Source: Fimbriimonadia bacterium (GTDB taxonomy: Bacteria; Armatimonadota; Fimbriimonadia; Fimbriimonadales; JABRVX01). Taken from it: a stretch of 55,511 bases of DNA. The translations under genes were made by a program, and so were the position numbers. Positions 30,824-39,331 of the stretch are shown here, in pieces. The notes below the pieces were generated by a model that saw only the letters and a program-made list of their open reading frames with translations, searched no databases and was not told the DNA's origin. How positions within the stretch are numbered: position 1 is the stretch's first letter; each line of letters opens with the position of its first letter. The DNA lies in the NCBI GenBank assembly GCA_041483895.1, contig JBGPGO010000020.1, positions 1 to 55,511 of the forward strand, read 5' to 3'.

Positions 30824-32515
30824 CTAGTCGCTCCCGACCATGCCGAAGTTGAGCAAGGGAATGACAAGGTCGTTCAGGTCCACAAAGCCGTCCCCGGTCA
30901 GGTCCGCCGGCGACCCGTATTGGGCGAAGTCCACGAGGATTGCGGAGAGATCAACTAGGTCTACGCTGTTGTCCATATTCACGTCGCCATTCACCAAGTC
31001 AACATCCAATCCGATTGCATCCCCCGCCGTTGTGTCGGCGTGGAAACTCTGCCCCAGCCAATGGGATTCCCGCGCCGTTATCGCCAAGCTTCCCTCCGGC
31101 ACGGTCAGGCTGTATGAGCCGTCGATTCCCAACGGCGCATCGGAGTCCGAGTACAAGTATCCGTTCCAAGCCACGCGGAAGTGCGCGCTGGCCGGCGGCG
31201 ACACCGCCTGGTCCAACAATTCAAAACCCAGTTGCCCGGAAACCACCTTCCGAGGGACAACCCGTTCGCGAAGAAAGATATCCTCCGCCCCATTCGTGTC
31301 ATTCGTGACGAGATTGTCTCCCGCACTCGCAAAGACCACAAAACGCCCATCCAAACTGATGGCAGGCACGGAACTGATGCCGTTGGATTGCACCCCGGTT
31401 GTAGAAACGCTGACTCGCTCCGTGGTGTTCGCGACGCGATCGGCAACGAAAATGTCAACGGTGTTGTTCGTGTCGTTCGGGACGATATTGCCGGCGAGGC
31501 TCCAGTAAACAACGTATCGGCCATCCGCGCTGATGGCGGGGTAGTTGCTGAAATGGTTGGGCTGCCCGCCGGTGGTCGAAACCGATACCCGGCTGGTCGT
31601 CCCCAATTGACGGTCCCGCAGGTAGATATCGTCCTCTCTATCGCCGACATCTCCGACCAAATTCGTAGCATGGCTGTCGAATACCACGAACCGTCCATCG
31701 CCGCTGACCCCCGGATGCCGGGACCAAAAATCGGTCTGCTGGCCTGTGTTTGAGACGGAAACCCGCTCGATGAGACCCGTAACGATATCACGCACGAAAA
31801 CGTCTTCCTGGCCATTGGTGTCGCCGGGAACGAGATCGTCCGCCGTGCTGCTGAAAACCACATGCTTTCCGTCTGCGCCGATGGAACCGGCAACCGAGTT
31901 GCCGTCGCCCGGAACCCCCGCCATGGACAGAGAGACGCAGAGTGTTTCCCCGGTCGCCATATCGTGCCAGAACACATCGGAGGAGCCGTTCGAATCGTTT
32001 GGCGCCAGGTTCGTCGCAAGGCTGTCATAGGCGATGTACCGCCCATCCGCGCTGATCGTGGGTCCGTATGAATTTCCATTCCCTTCCGCTCCATTGGTTG
32101 CTACCGAAGCCCGAACGGTCGTCCCCAGCAATCGGTCGCGAAGATACACATCCGGCTGTGAGTTTTGGTCCTCCGGCACGAAGGCCGTGCCGGAGGTGAA
32201 AACGACGAACCGTCCATCCGCGCTGATCGAGCCATAGCTTCCGTCGCCAAACTGCCCGCTCGTCGAGACCGATACCAATTCTGTCGTGCTGAGCAATCGG
32301 TCCCGCACATAGAGACCGCCACTGTAGTTTGGGATCAGATTGGTCGCCTGGCTCTGAAACAGCACGAACCGGCCATCCGCCGAAACGGCCGGTTTGTCGG
32401 AAGGGCCATCCGCCTGACCGCCCGTATAGGTGAGGGACGCGCGCGTCGTCGTTCCAGGCTGCGCGACAGCCAACACCGCAACGGCGAGACAGGTGAGCGT
32501 CCAGACCCCTTTCAT
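30824..32515 (-). CDS. Secreted TolB/PD40-like beta-propeller protein with C-terminal dockerin-like module
   Basis: Repeated ISADGRFV.F.S.A.NLV.DTN..DVFVRD; GDVNMDNSVDLVD / ADLTGDGFVDLND. Confidence 0.88.
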   Translation of the reverse strand: MKGVWTLTCLAVAVLAVAQPGTTTRASLTYTGGQADGPSDKPAVSADGRFVLFQSQATNLIPNYSGGLYVRDRLLSTTELVSVSTSGQFGDGSYGSISADGRFVVFTSGTAFVPEDQNSQPDVYLRDRLLGTTVRASVATNGAEGNGNSYGPTISADGRYIAYDSLATNLAPNDSNGSSDVFWHDMATGETLCVSLSMAGVPGDGNSVAGSIGADGKHVVFSSTADDLVPGDTNGQEDVFVRDIVTGLIERVSVSNTGQQTDFWSRHPGVSGDGRFVVFDSHATNLVGDVGDREDDIYLRDRQLGTTSRVSVSTTGGQPNHFSNYPAISADGRYVVYWSLAGNIVPNDTNNTVDIFVADRVANTTERVSVSTTGVQSNGISSVPAISLDGRFVVFASAGDNLVTNDTNGAEDIFLRERVVPRKVVSGQLGFELLDQAVSPPASAHFRVAWNGYLYSDSDAPLGIDGSYSLTVPEGSLAITARESHWLGQSFHADTTAGDAIGLDVDLVNGDVNMDNSVDLVDLSAILVDFAQYGSPADLTGDGFVDLNDLVIPLLNFGMVGSD

Positions 32516-32615
32516 ACCATCATTATAAACCGAACCTGGCTAGATGTCCAGGCAGAAAGCAAGAAGCCCAGGGCCGGAGGCCTCGGGCTGCCTGAGAAAA
32601 CCAAATTTGTTCGAT

Positions 32616-32674
32616 GCGCCAGGGTCCTCGCCGTACGACCACTGACCTAGGGCCTGCCCCAAAAGACCCGGCGC
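32616..32674. repeat. Long-loop hairpin related to family C
   Basis: GCGCCAGGGTC-38nt-GACCCGGCGC; loop begins CTCG and contains CGACCACTG as in the 36098 copy. Confidence 0.55.
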
Positions 32675-32878
32675 TTACCGAATCTCTTCCGGCCACTCCA
32701 CCTTCACGGCGGGCTCCGCGCTGGAATAGTCCCAATTGTCGCAGTCCAACCTGCGGCAATACAGCATCCGCTGCTCCTTGCCATCCGAGGTCTCCACATT
32801 CGCCATGTGAGCAAACCTACACTCCAAGCACATCTCCGGTTGAAGCAGCTTGACTATCCTGAGTTCCCTGTTCCCCAT
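32675..32878 (-). CDS. Small Cys-rich protein (CxxC...CxxxxC)
   Basis: 67 aa: CLEC...CRRLDCDNWD; GGAAGG upstream. Confidence 0.7.
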   Translation of the reverse strand: MGNRELRIVKLLQPEMCLECRFAHMANVETSDGKEQRMLYCRRLDCDNWDYSSAEPAVKVEWPEEIR

Positions 32879-33034
32879 TTGCGCCGAACCGCCTTCCATG
32901 TCCAACATTATTGGTTCGTTTGTTCCGTTTATTGGCGGGCGGGCACTGAGGGATAATGCTTGGAATTGAGCGGGAACCTGACACCTTTGCGTGCTTGAAG
33001 CGTCTACAATAGTGCGGGGACAATCTACGGAGGG

Positions 33035-34720
33035 ATGTCCACAATGGGTCTGGTGCGTCGAACAATCATAGGGATCGCTCTTGGCCTGGCCGCCGTTGCC
33101 TTCGGCGTCCAGGGCACCCAGGTTCGTGAATCCTTCGACGGCAGCTTCGGATTGGCCGAAGCGCAGCTCCAGTGGCAGAACATCATCCCCAACTCCGAGC
33201 GCGTCACCCGTGGCGGTATTCCCCAGCATTCCAGCGTGGACTACTACTTCAGCCCGACATTGGGCCAGATCCGGTTCCTGACCCCCCTGCGGCCCGGAGA
33301 GACGGTCGAAATCACCTACGAGGTGACGCCGGGCCAGTCCAGCAAGGTCCAAAGCGCCCTCCAGATGATCGACGCAGACTTCTTCTCCTTCGGCCCGGCC
33401 AAGATCGACTTCGTCGCGGGGCTCCAAGGAGGAGCGGCCAATTTCGTGGGGCTGAAAGGCGGTTTCGCGGGCCCGAGCGGATGGAACCTGACCGGCCAGT
33501 ACCTGTTCGGCAAGGACCAAGGGCCTGACAACCGCATGATGATCCTGGCCGCCAACGGCGCCATGATGGGTGGAAAGTTCACCGGCTCCTGGACGTCGGC
33601 TGGATTGGGCTTCACTCCAAGCCAGGGAGTGAGCGCCAGACCTGGCGTCGATTCCCTGCGTGGGGAGTGGCGGAACAATGGCGCCAACGGCAGCGGCTAC
33701 TTGACCTACGCCGGGGACACGTATGCGGACGGGACCGGCAAGACTCAGATCGGCGGCGGCGTGAACCTCTCTCTTGCGGAAAACATCAGTTTGGCTGCCT
33801 CCCGAAGCTACGTCGCGCAAGGCGACGCGGTCAAAATCAGGGACAGAATTGGCCTAAACTATATGCCCGCTCAGCTGCTCACCTTCGGGGTGGAGTGGAA
33901 CGGCCAGGTGGGCGACGGCGGCACGACCCGGTTCAATGTTGACGTGAACAATCCGATCGCTCACGTCACCGCTTCCCACACGATGGCGGATGGCAGCGGC
34001 GACAGCAATATGGACGTTTCGACGGATATCCGAATGACACGCGGTATTCGGGTGCAAACAACAGCCCACGCACAGACCGGGTCCGATGTCACAGATACCA
34101 AGCTGTGGCTGGAACCCACCCGATCCCTCGGCGTGGCGGCCACCTACATGTCCGCGCCCGATTCGATCTACCCGGAAGCCAAAGGGGTAGAGGTCCGCTG
34201 GCAGCCGCGATCCGCACTCCAAGTGACGGGCAGTGGCCGCCGCAGGGACCTGCATGATGGGATCGATCCGATCGACAGCGTGATGGTCAACGTGGCGTTC
34301 CGGCCGCTCAAGGCGATTGCGCTCAACGGCTCGTACGCGGACCGGCCCGAAGACAAGATGGGTCTGCCGCAGGAATCGCAGCAGCGGACAATGGGCGCGA
34401 CCCTCAACGTTGGCTCGCTGTTTGTCACAGGAAACTACATCCAAAACGATCCGCTCAGCGATCCAACGATGCGCCGCACATACCAGTTGGAAAGCGGCCT
34501 GCGGTTCAGCAAGCGCACCAGTCTGAAACTGACCTACGGCCAAGAGGACCTATTTGGCGACGCATTGGCCGACACGCGCACCTACGGCCTGGGCTTCCAA
34601 CACGCCGCCGGTAGGTTCAACTTCTCGCTCGAAGGCGTAATGAAGCAGCCATATTTGAACGGCATCGCCACATCCGACCGAGAGATCCAGGGCCGGGCAA
34701 GTTTGGGTTTGGGCTTCTAA
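33035..34720 (+). CDS. Putative outer-membrane beta-barrel protein
   Basis: Signal peptide, alternating amphipathic strands, terminal ASLGLGF; GGAGG RBS. Confidence 0.75.
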   Translation: MSTMGLVRRTIIGIALGLAAVAFGVQGTQVRESFDGSFGLAEAQLQWQNIIPNSERVTRGGIPQHSSVDYYFSPTLGQIRFLTPLRPGETVEITYEVTPGQSSKVQSALQMIDADFFSFGPAKIDFVAGLQGGAANFVGLKGGFAGPSGWNLTGQYLFGKDQGPDNRMMILAANGAMMGGKFTGSWTSAGLGFTPSQGVSARPGVDSLRGEWRNNGANGSGYLTYAGDTYADGTGKTQIGGGVNLSLAENISLAASRSYVAQGDAVKIRDRIGLNYMPAQLLTFGVEWNGQVGDGGTTRFNVDVNNPIAHVTASHTMADGSGDSNMDVSTDIRMTRGIRVQTTAHAQTGSDVTDTKLWLEPTRSLGVAATYMSAPDSIYPEAKGVEVRWQPRSALQVTGSGRRRDLHDGIDPIDSVMVNVAFRPLKAIALNGSYADRPEDKMGLPQESQQRTMGATLNVGSLFVTGNYIQNDPLSDPTMRRTYQLESGLRFSKRTSLKLTYGQEDLFGDALADTRTYGLGFQHAAGRFNFSLEGVMKQPYLNGIATSDREIQGRASLGLGF

Positions 34721-34729
34721 CCACCCCGA

Positions 34730-34790
34730 TGTGCCGGGGTCCTCGTCCGGCAATTCCCATCAACCGGCATCCACCAAAGACCCCGGCACA
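34730..34790. repeat. Long-loop hairpin related to family C
   Basis: TGTGCCGGGGTC-37nt-GACCCCGGCACA between convergent genes. Confidence 0.55.
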
Positions 34791-34793
34791 AAC

Positions 34794-35159
34794 CTACGAA
34801 GCCGATGGGTCGTGCTTATACACGCCGAATATGTTTCCTTCCGTGTCCTTGAAATAGGCAAGCCAGCCGACCGTCGGAATCGGCATCTTCGGAACCACAA
34901 CCGTCCCGCCGTGCGCGGTCAGCTTCTCGCACGCCGCGTCCACATCCTCCACCTGAATCGTGCATGTCACCGGCTGGGCCGGATCCTTGCGCCGAATGAT
35001 CCCCCCATCGATGCCCGGCGCCGCCTTATCCCCGGTAAAGCAGCTCCAATACTCCATGTCGCCAAACCGCTCCATGCGCCAACCGAAAACGTCCTGATAG
35101 AACTTGTTGCAACGTTGCGGATCCTCCGCCGGAATCTCAAAATGAACCACTCGATGCAT
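34794..35159 (-). CDS. VOC/glyoxalase family protein
   Basis: VVHFEI, FY..VFGW, IDGGI, KDTEGNIFG. Confidence 0.9.
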   Translation of the reverse strand: MHRVVHFEIPAEDPQRCNKFYQDVFGWRMERFGDMEYWSCFTGDKAAPGIDGGIIRRKDPAQPVTCTIQVEDVDAACEKLTAHGGTVVVPKMPIPTVGWLAYFKDTEGNIFGVYKHDPSAS

Positions 35160-35181
35160 ATTTCTTTCCCCCTGTCTGATT

Positions 35182-35262
35182 TTTGGAGGGCGACGCTCCG
35201 TCGTCGCCGGCCGTTTGTCATGTCCGCAGAATTTCGGCGACGATGGAACGTCGCCCTCCAAA
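35182..35262. repeat. REP doublet family D
   Basis: TTTGGAGGGCGACGCTCCGTCGTCGCCG...CGGCGACGATGGAACGTCGCCCTCCAAA. Confidence 0.78.
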
Positions 35263-35266
35263 TTGC

Positions 35267-35295
35267 AAAAAGCCCTGGGACGAAAGCCCCAGGGC
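35267..35295 (-). terminator. Intrinsic terminator after RRM gene
   Basis: GCCCTGGGGC-TTTC-GTCCCAGGGC-TTTTT. Confidence 0.75.
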
Positions 35296-35315
35296 GGGTC
35301 GTTGCGGCAGCGCGA

Positions 35316-35606
35316 TCAATTTCGTCTTCGGCCGCCGCCGCCACCACCGCCGCGGTCGTTGTCCTCGCGTGGTCGAGCCTCATTCACTGTCAGAGGCCGC
35401 CCTCCCATGTCCTTGCCGTTCAATGCGTTGATGGCGTTGAGACCCGACCCGCTGTCGGCCATCTCAACAAAACCAAAGCCTCGAGAGGCCCCACTGAACT
35501 TGTCCTTGATGATTGCCGTCGACGTGACCTCGCCGTACTCGCCGAACATCTCTACCAATTCTTCTTCCGTTATCGTAAACGGCAGATTCCCTACATAAAT
35601 TCTCAT
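35316..35606 (-). CDS. RRM RNA-binding protein with Gly-rich tail
   Basis: IYVGNL (RNP2), RGFGFVEM (RNP1), VNEARP. Confidence 0.93.
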   Translation of the reverse strand: MRIYVGNLPFTITEEELVEMFGEYGEVTSTAIIKDKFSGASRGFGFVEMADSGSGLNAINALNGKDMGGRPLTVNEARPREDNDRGGGGGGGRRRN

Positions 35607-35868
35607 TTTCCACCCTGTCGTGCTGATTGAACCGAAACCGGCTTGTCCTGGGGAGCCTCTGACATCTTGAGAGAAGAACCGAAGGAGTACAACTGCCAAA
35701 CCGCTGCTTCAAAGAACAACGTTTGCGCCACCCGATAGCAGGCGGGCAACGTTCCGGCCATCACCAATATACCGTGATTGTATGCGGTTTACAAGCAGTT
35801 TTTTGGGATTTTGGGCCTGCGGGCGGTTGAGGATGCGATCGTCAACGAAAAATTGTGGCGTCCGGGCA

Positions 35869-35941
35869 CCCCCTCTCCCGCTTGCGGGGCAATGCTCTCT
35901 TAACTCCCTCCCCCGCTTGCGGGGGAGGGTTGGGGTGGGGG
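35869..35941. repeat. Repeat family B copy just 3' of tRNA-Thr
   Basis: CCCTCCCCCGCTTGCGGGGGAGGGTTGGGGTGGGGG. Confidence 0.75.
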
Positions 35942-35947
35942 CACTTC

Positions 35948-36022
35948 TGGAGCCGGTGAGGGGATTCGAACCCCTGACCTTCCGCTTACAAGGCGGGAGC
36001 TCTACCCCTGAGCTACACCGGC
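35948..36022 (-). tRNA. tRNA-Thr(TGT)
   Basis: GCCGGTGTAGCTCAGGGGTAGAGC...CT-TGT-AA...GGTTCGAATCC...CCA. Confidence 0.95.
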
Positions 36023-36054
36023 ACGGGGTCCATTTTACACCAGGGAGAAGCAAT

Positions 36055-36153
36055 GTAGCCGCGGTTCCTCGTTCCGACCACTTTCTCGAATCGCTCGGTA
36101 GCCGCGGTTCCTCGTGCCGACCACTGCTCGAATCGTCAACCACAAGAACCGCG
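36055..36153 (+). repeat. Left REP cluster of RAYT (one truncated, one full family C element)
   Basis: GTAGCCGCGGTTCCTCG at 36055 and 36098. Confidence 0.9.
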
Positions 36154-36203
36154 TGGCAACCTTGGAGACAGGACCCGTCTGCTGGGTGTTGAATCCCCCC
36201 AAT

Positions 36204-36689
36204 ATGCCATCGATCAAGGAAAAGAAACACCGCCTGCCTTCGAGGTCGTATCAAGGTCAAGTTGCGGTTGCGTTCACCGTCCGCATCGAAGGCTCCGATG
36301 ACGCATTCACCGACGCCGATCTCGTTGAGCGATTCAAAAAATATCTCGAAACGTCAGCAAAACGATACCATTGCCTCATCCCTATTTTTTGCTTTATGCC
36401 AGACCACTTGCATGTCATTTTCGAGGGCAAAACTGACAACGCCGATGCCAGGGAGGCGATGATAAGATTCAAGCGCCTTACCGGCAGGTGGCTAAGCGAA
36501 TCTCGCAAGGCGTTTCGGTGGCAAAAAGACTTCTACGATCACATTCTTCGGCCGAACGAGGACGTGCGCAATCAGGTGCGATATATCGCCAACAATCCTG
36601 TCCGAAAGAAGTTGGTCGATGATTGGACCAAGTACCCGCACACCGGCAGCTTCGGGTATGACCTTCACGATTTGGTTGCCTACTCGTAG
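36204..36689 (+). mobile_element. REP-associated tyrosine (HUH Y1) transposase, RAYT/TnpA-REP
   Basis: FTVR, MPDHLH (HUH), WQKDFYDH, YIANNPV; no tnpB; flanked by inverted GTAG repeats. Confidence 0.9.
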
Positions 36690-36700
36690 GTCGGTTGGTA

Positions 36701-36886
36701 CGCGGTTCTTGTGGTTGGCATTCGAGAAAGTGGTCGGAACGAGGAACCGCGGCTACAGAGCCGGGGAATCAATGGTTCCAACGTTCCCACGCGGTCCTTG
36801 TGGTCGGCGATTCGGTCAGGGTCGGCACGAGGAACCGCGGCTACGAAGGGATTCGGTCACGAGTCAGAACGAGGAACCGCGGCTAC
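36701..36886 (-). repeat. Right REP cluster of RAYT (two full, one truncated family C elements)
   Basis: CGAGGAACCGCGGCTAC ending at 36756, 36844, 36886. Confidence 0.9.
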
Positions 36887-38142
36887 TCTTTCCTCTTTTC
36901 CCATAACCGGCGTTGTTCGAGTTCAAATCCCTCATCGCTTGGCTCGTAATACGGCAAATCCCAATCGCCGTCGGGAAGATACCGCTGCGAAACCCAATGG
37001 CCGGGGAAATCGTGCGGATACACATACCCCTCGCCGCCAGAGGACTTCAAATGCGTCGGAACCGGCGGCGGCGGCCGATTCTGCACGTCGGCGCGGGCCT
37101 TGGAGATGGCAATCGTCGCGGCATTGGACTTGGGAGCGCATGCCAAGTACGTTGTCGCCTGCGACAGGCAGAGCTGCGCTTCCGGCCACCCAATCCGCTC
37201 CACCGCATGAAACGCCGCCGTCGCCAAAACAAGCCCCATCGGGTCGGCATTCCCGATGTCCTCGCTGGCCAAGATCACCAGTCGCCGAGCGATAAACCGC
37301 GGGTCCTCCCCCGCCTCAATCATCCGCGCCAAATAGTGCAGCGCCGCATCCGCGTCCGACCCTCGCACGGACTTGATAAACGCGGAAATCGTGTCGTAAT
37401 GCTGGTCCCCTACGCGGTCATATTTCGGCGCGGGTCTCTGGATCGCCGCCTCCACCTCCGGCAGCGTAATCATTCCAGAAGTCAACTGTGCGGCGGCCTC
37501 CAAGATGTTCAAGGCAATCCGGGCATCCCCGCCGGCGGTTCGCACAATGTACGCCAGCGCATCCTCCGCCGCCTCGCGCCCCAATCCGCGTTCCGAATCG
37601 GCGAGGGCTTCCCGAACGATCTTTTCCACGTCCTCATCCGTCAGCGCATTCAGCACAATCATCCGGCAGCGAGACATCAGCGGGGCGGCCAGCGCAAAAG
37701 ACGGGTTCTCGGTGGTCGCGCCCACCAATTCCAGCGTGCCGTCCTCTACAAACCCGAGGAGCGCATCTTGCTGCGGCCGCGAAAAGTGGTGGATTTCGTC
37801 GAGGAACAGCACCGTCTTGCGCCCGTCCATCTTTCGGTGCATCTTGGCCGCCTCGGCGATCTTTCGTATCTCCGCCACGCCGACGGAGACCGCGCTGCGA
37901 ATCTCAAAGTAGGCGTTGCTGTGCTTGGAGATCACGCCCGCCAGCGTGGTCTTCCCGCTGCCCGCCGGACCCCAAAGGATGACCGAGCCCAGCCAGCCGT
38001 CCAAAATTGCCTTCCGCAACTTGGAGCCTTCCCCAACGATATGCCCCTGCCCCACAAATTCCTCCAACGACCGGGGCCGCATCCGTGCGGCGAGTGGCTG
38101 GTAGGCAATGGAATGTTCGCCGGGAGTTTCGAATAGGCTCAT
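36883..38142 (-). CDS. rarA: Replication-associated recombination protein A (MgsA/RarA)
   Basis: PLAARMRP, WGPAGSGKTT, GATTENP, ISAFIKSVRGSD, ASEDIGNADP. Confidence 0.95.
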   Translation of the reverse strand: MSLFETPGEHSIAYQPLAARMRPRSLEEFVGQGHIVGEGSKLRKAILDGWLGSVILWGPAGSGKTTLAGVISKHSNAYFEIRSAVSVGVAEIRKIAEAAKMHRKMDGRKTVLFLDEIHHFSRPQQDALLGFVEDGTLELVGATTENPSFALAAPLMSRCRMIVLNALTDEDVEKIVREALADSERGLGREAAEDALAYIVRTAGGDARIALNILEAAAQLTSGMITLPEVEAAIQRPAPKYDRVGDQHYDTISAFIKSVRGSDADAALHYLARMIEAGEDPRFIARRLVILASEDIGNADPMGLVLATAAFHAVERIGWPEAQLCLSQATTYLACAPKSNAATIAISKARADVQNRPPPPVPTHLKSSGGEGYVYPHDFPGHWVSQRYLPDGDWDLPYYEPSDEGFELEQRRLWEKRKE

Positions 38143-38718
38143 CTACATCATGAGCTCGAGCACGCGCGAGTGGTGGCGTTCTTGCGGTCGGACCGCCTCG
38201 CGGCAAGTCCGATAGTTCATCCAATACATGATCAGCGCCATGAGCTCCTCAACCGCCATGTCGTCCAGCGTCACAGATCCGAGGAACCCCGGCGAAACGG
38301 CAAGCTGCTCGGCGAGCTTGGTTAAAGACATGAGCCCATCGACCCCCATGCCAGGCGAGCGGGTATCGAACAGCACCGCGGCGACGGTTCCCAATGGCAT
38401 GGTCCCCAATGTGTTGCCAAATTCCGTGTACATGGTATAGATGTGGCGATCCGGCGTGGTAGTTAGCAATCCGAGGGCCTCCGGAAGCACATCCGACTCC
38501 GACCAGGCGATGGAGGCTTTTTCCGAACTCTCCAGGTCCTCCCAATGGCTGACCAGAAAAAAGGACGTGGGATTGTCAAAGTCCTTGAACAGCCGCACGG
38601 TCTGACATCCGGGCTGGCTCATATAGAGGTCTCGCAGCTTCTCGCCGACCATCAACTCGGCATCGACGTATTCCGGAAACACCTCAACTTCAACCATAAC
38701 GAAAATTGGCTTCGACAT
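38143..38718 (-). CDS. Tandem ABM-like (dimeric alpha-beta barrel) protein
   Basis: QPGC...F.LVSHWE and SPGFLG...MYW duplicated motifs. Confidence 0.7.
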   Translation of the reverse strand: MSKPIFVMVEVEVFPEYVDAELMVGEKLRDLYMSQPGCQTVRLFKDFDNPTSFFLVSHWEDLESSEKASIAWSESDVLPEALGLLTTTPDRHIYTMYTEFGNTLGTMPLGTVAAVLFDTRSPGMGVDGLMSLTKLAEQLAVSPGFLGSVTLDDMAVEELMALIMYWMNYRTCREAVRPQERHHSRVLELMM

Positions 38719-38737
38719 AGAGACAAACGATACCCGC

Positions 38738-39331
38738 TTACGGTCGCTGGCCGGAAGTCTCTAGGTACCGAAGGACGTACTTGCCAAGGATATCGGTCTC
38801 GACATTGACACGGTCGCCGATGGTCAGGCTCGAAAGGTTGGTATGTTTCCACGTATGGGGGATGATTGCGACGCTGAACTCATTGCCTGGCAACAGGTCA
38901 ACGACAGTCAGGCTGATCCCGTCGATGGCGACCGAACCCTTGGGTACAAGCTCCTTGTAGAGCTCCGCGGGAAGCGAGAAGCGGAGCAGCCAAGAACCCT
39001 CCAGGGCTTCGATGCCCACAAGTTCGCCCATCCCATCCACATGCCCTTGGACAAAATGGCCCCCAAGCGCAGCATTCGCTCGCAATGGAAGTTCCAAATT
39101 CAGAGGGCAGCCTGTAGGCCGACTGCCGAGTGTGGTTTTGGACAGGGTCTCCTCCGAAAGTTCAAATTGCAGCCGATCTTCATCGCGAGTGACCACGGTC
39201 AGACAGACCCCATTAACGGCTATGCTGTCCCCGGGGCCAACCGTGCCGCCAATTCCCATCCGCACCCACAGCTTGCCGCCGCGCTCTGCCGCCGCCACAG
39301 TCCCGATGGTCTCGATTAGTCCGGTAAACAT
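38738..39331 (-). CDS. ribE: Riboflavin synthase
   Basis: MFTGLIE, GDSIAVNGVCLT, GGHFVQGHVDG, KGSVAIDGISLT. Confidence 0.96.
   Translation of the reverse strand: MFTGLIETIGTVAAAERGGKLWVRMGIGGTVGPGDSIAVNGVCLTVVTRDEDRLQFELSEETLSKTTLGSRPTGCPLNLELPLRANAALGGHFVQGHVDGMGELVGIEALEGSWLLRFSLPAELYKELVPKGSVAIDGISLTVVDLLPGNEFSVAIIPHTWKHTNLSSLTIGDRVNVETDILGKYVLRYLETSGQRP

Noticed and set aside
32879..33820. 381-aa minus-strand ORF
   Set aside because: Shadow of the beta-barrel gene; only the last 67 aa look genuine
35948..36022. tRNA-anchored integrative element
   Set aside because: No integrase and no duplicated tRNA 3' end found for either tRNA
36204..36689. IS200/IS605 insertion sequence
   Set aside because: No tnpB; WQ..F.DH and YI.NNP motifs and multiple inverted GTAG flanks fit RAYT
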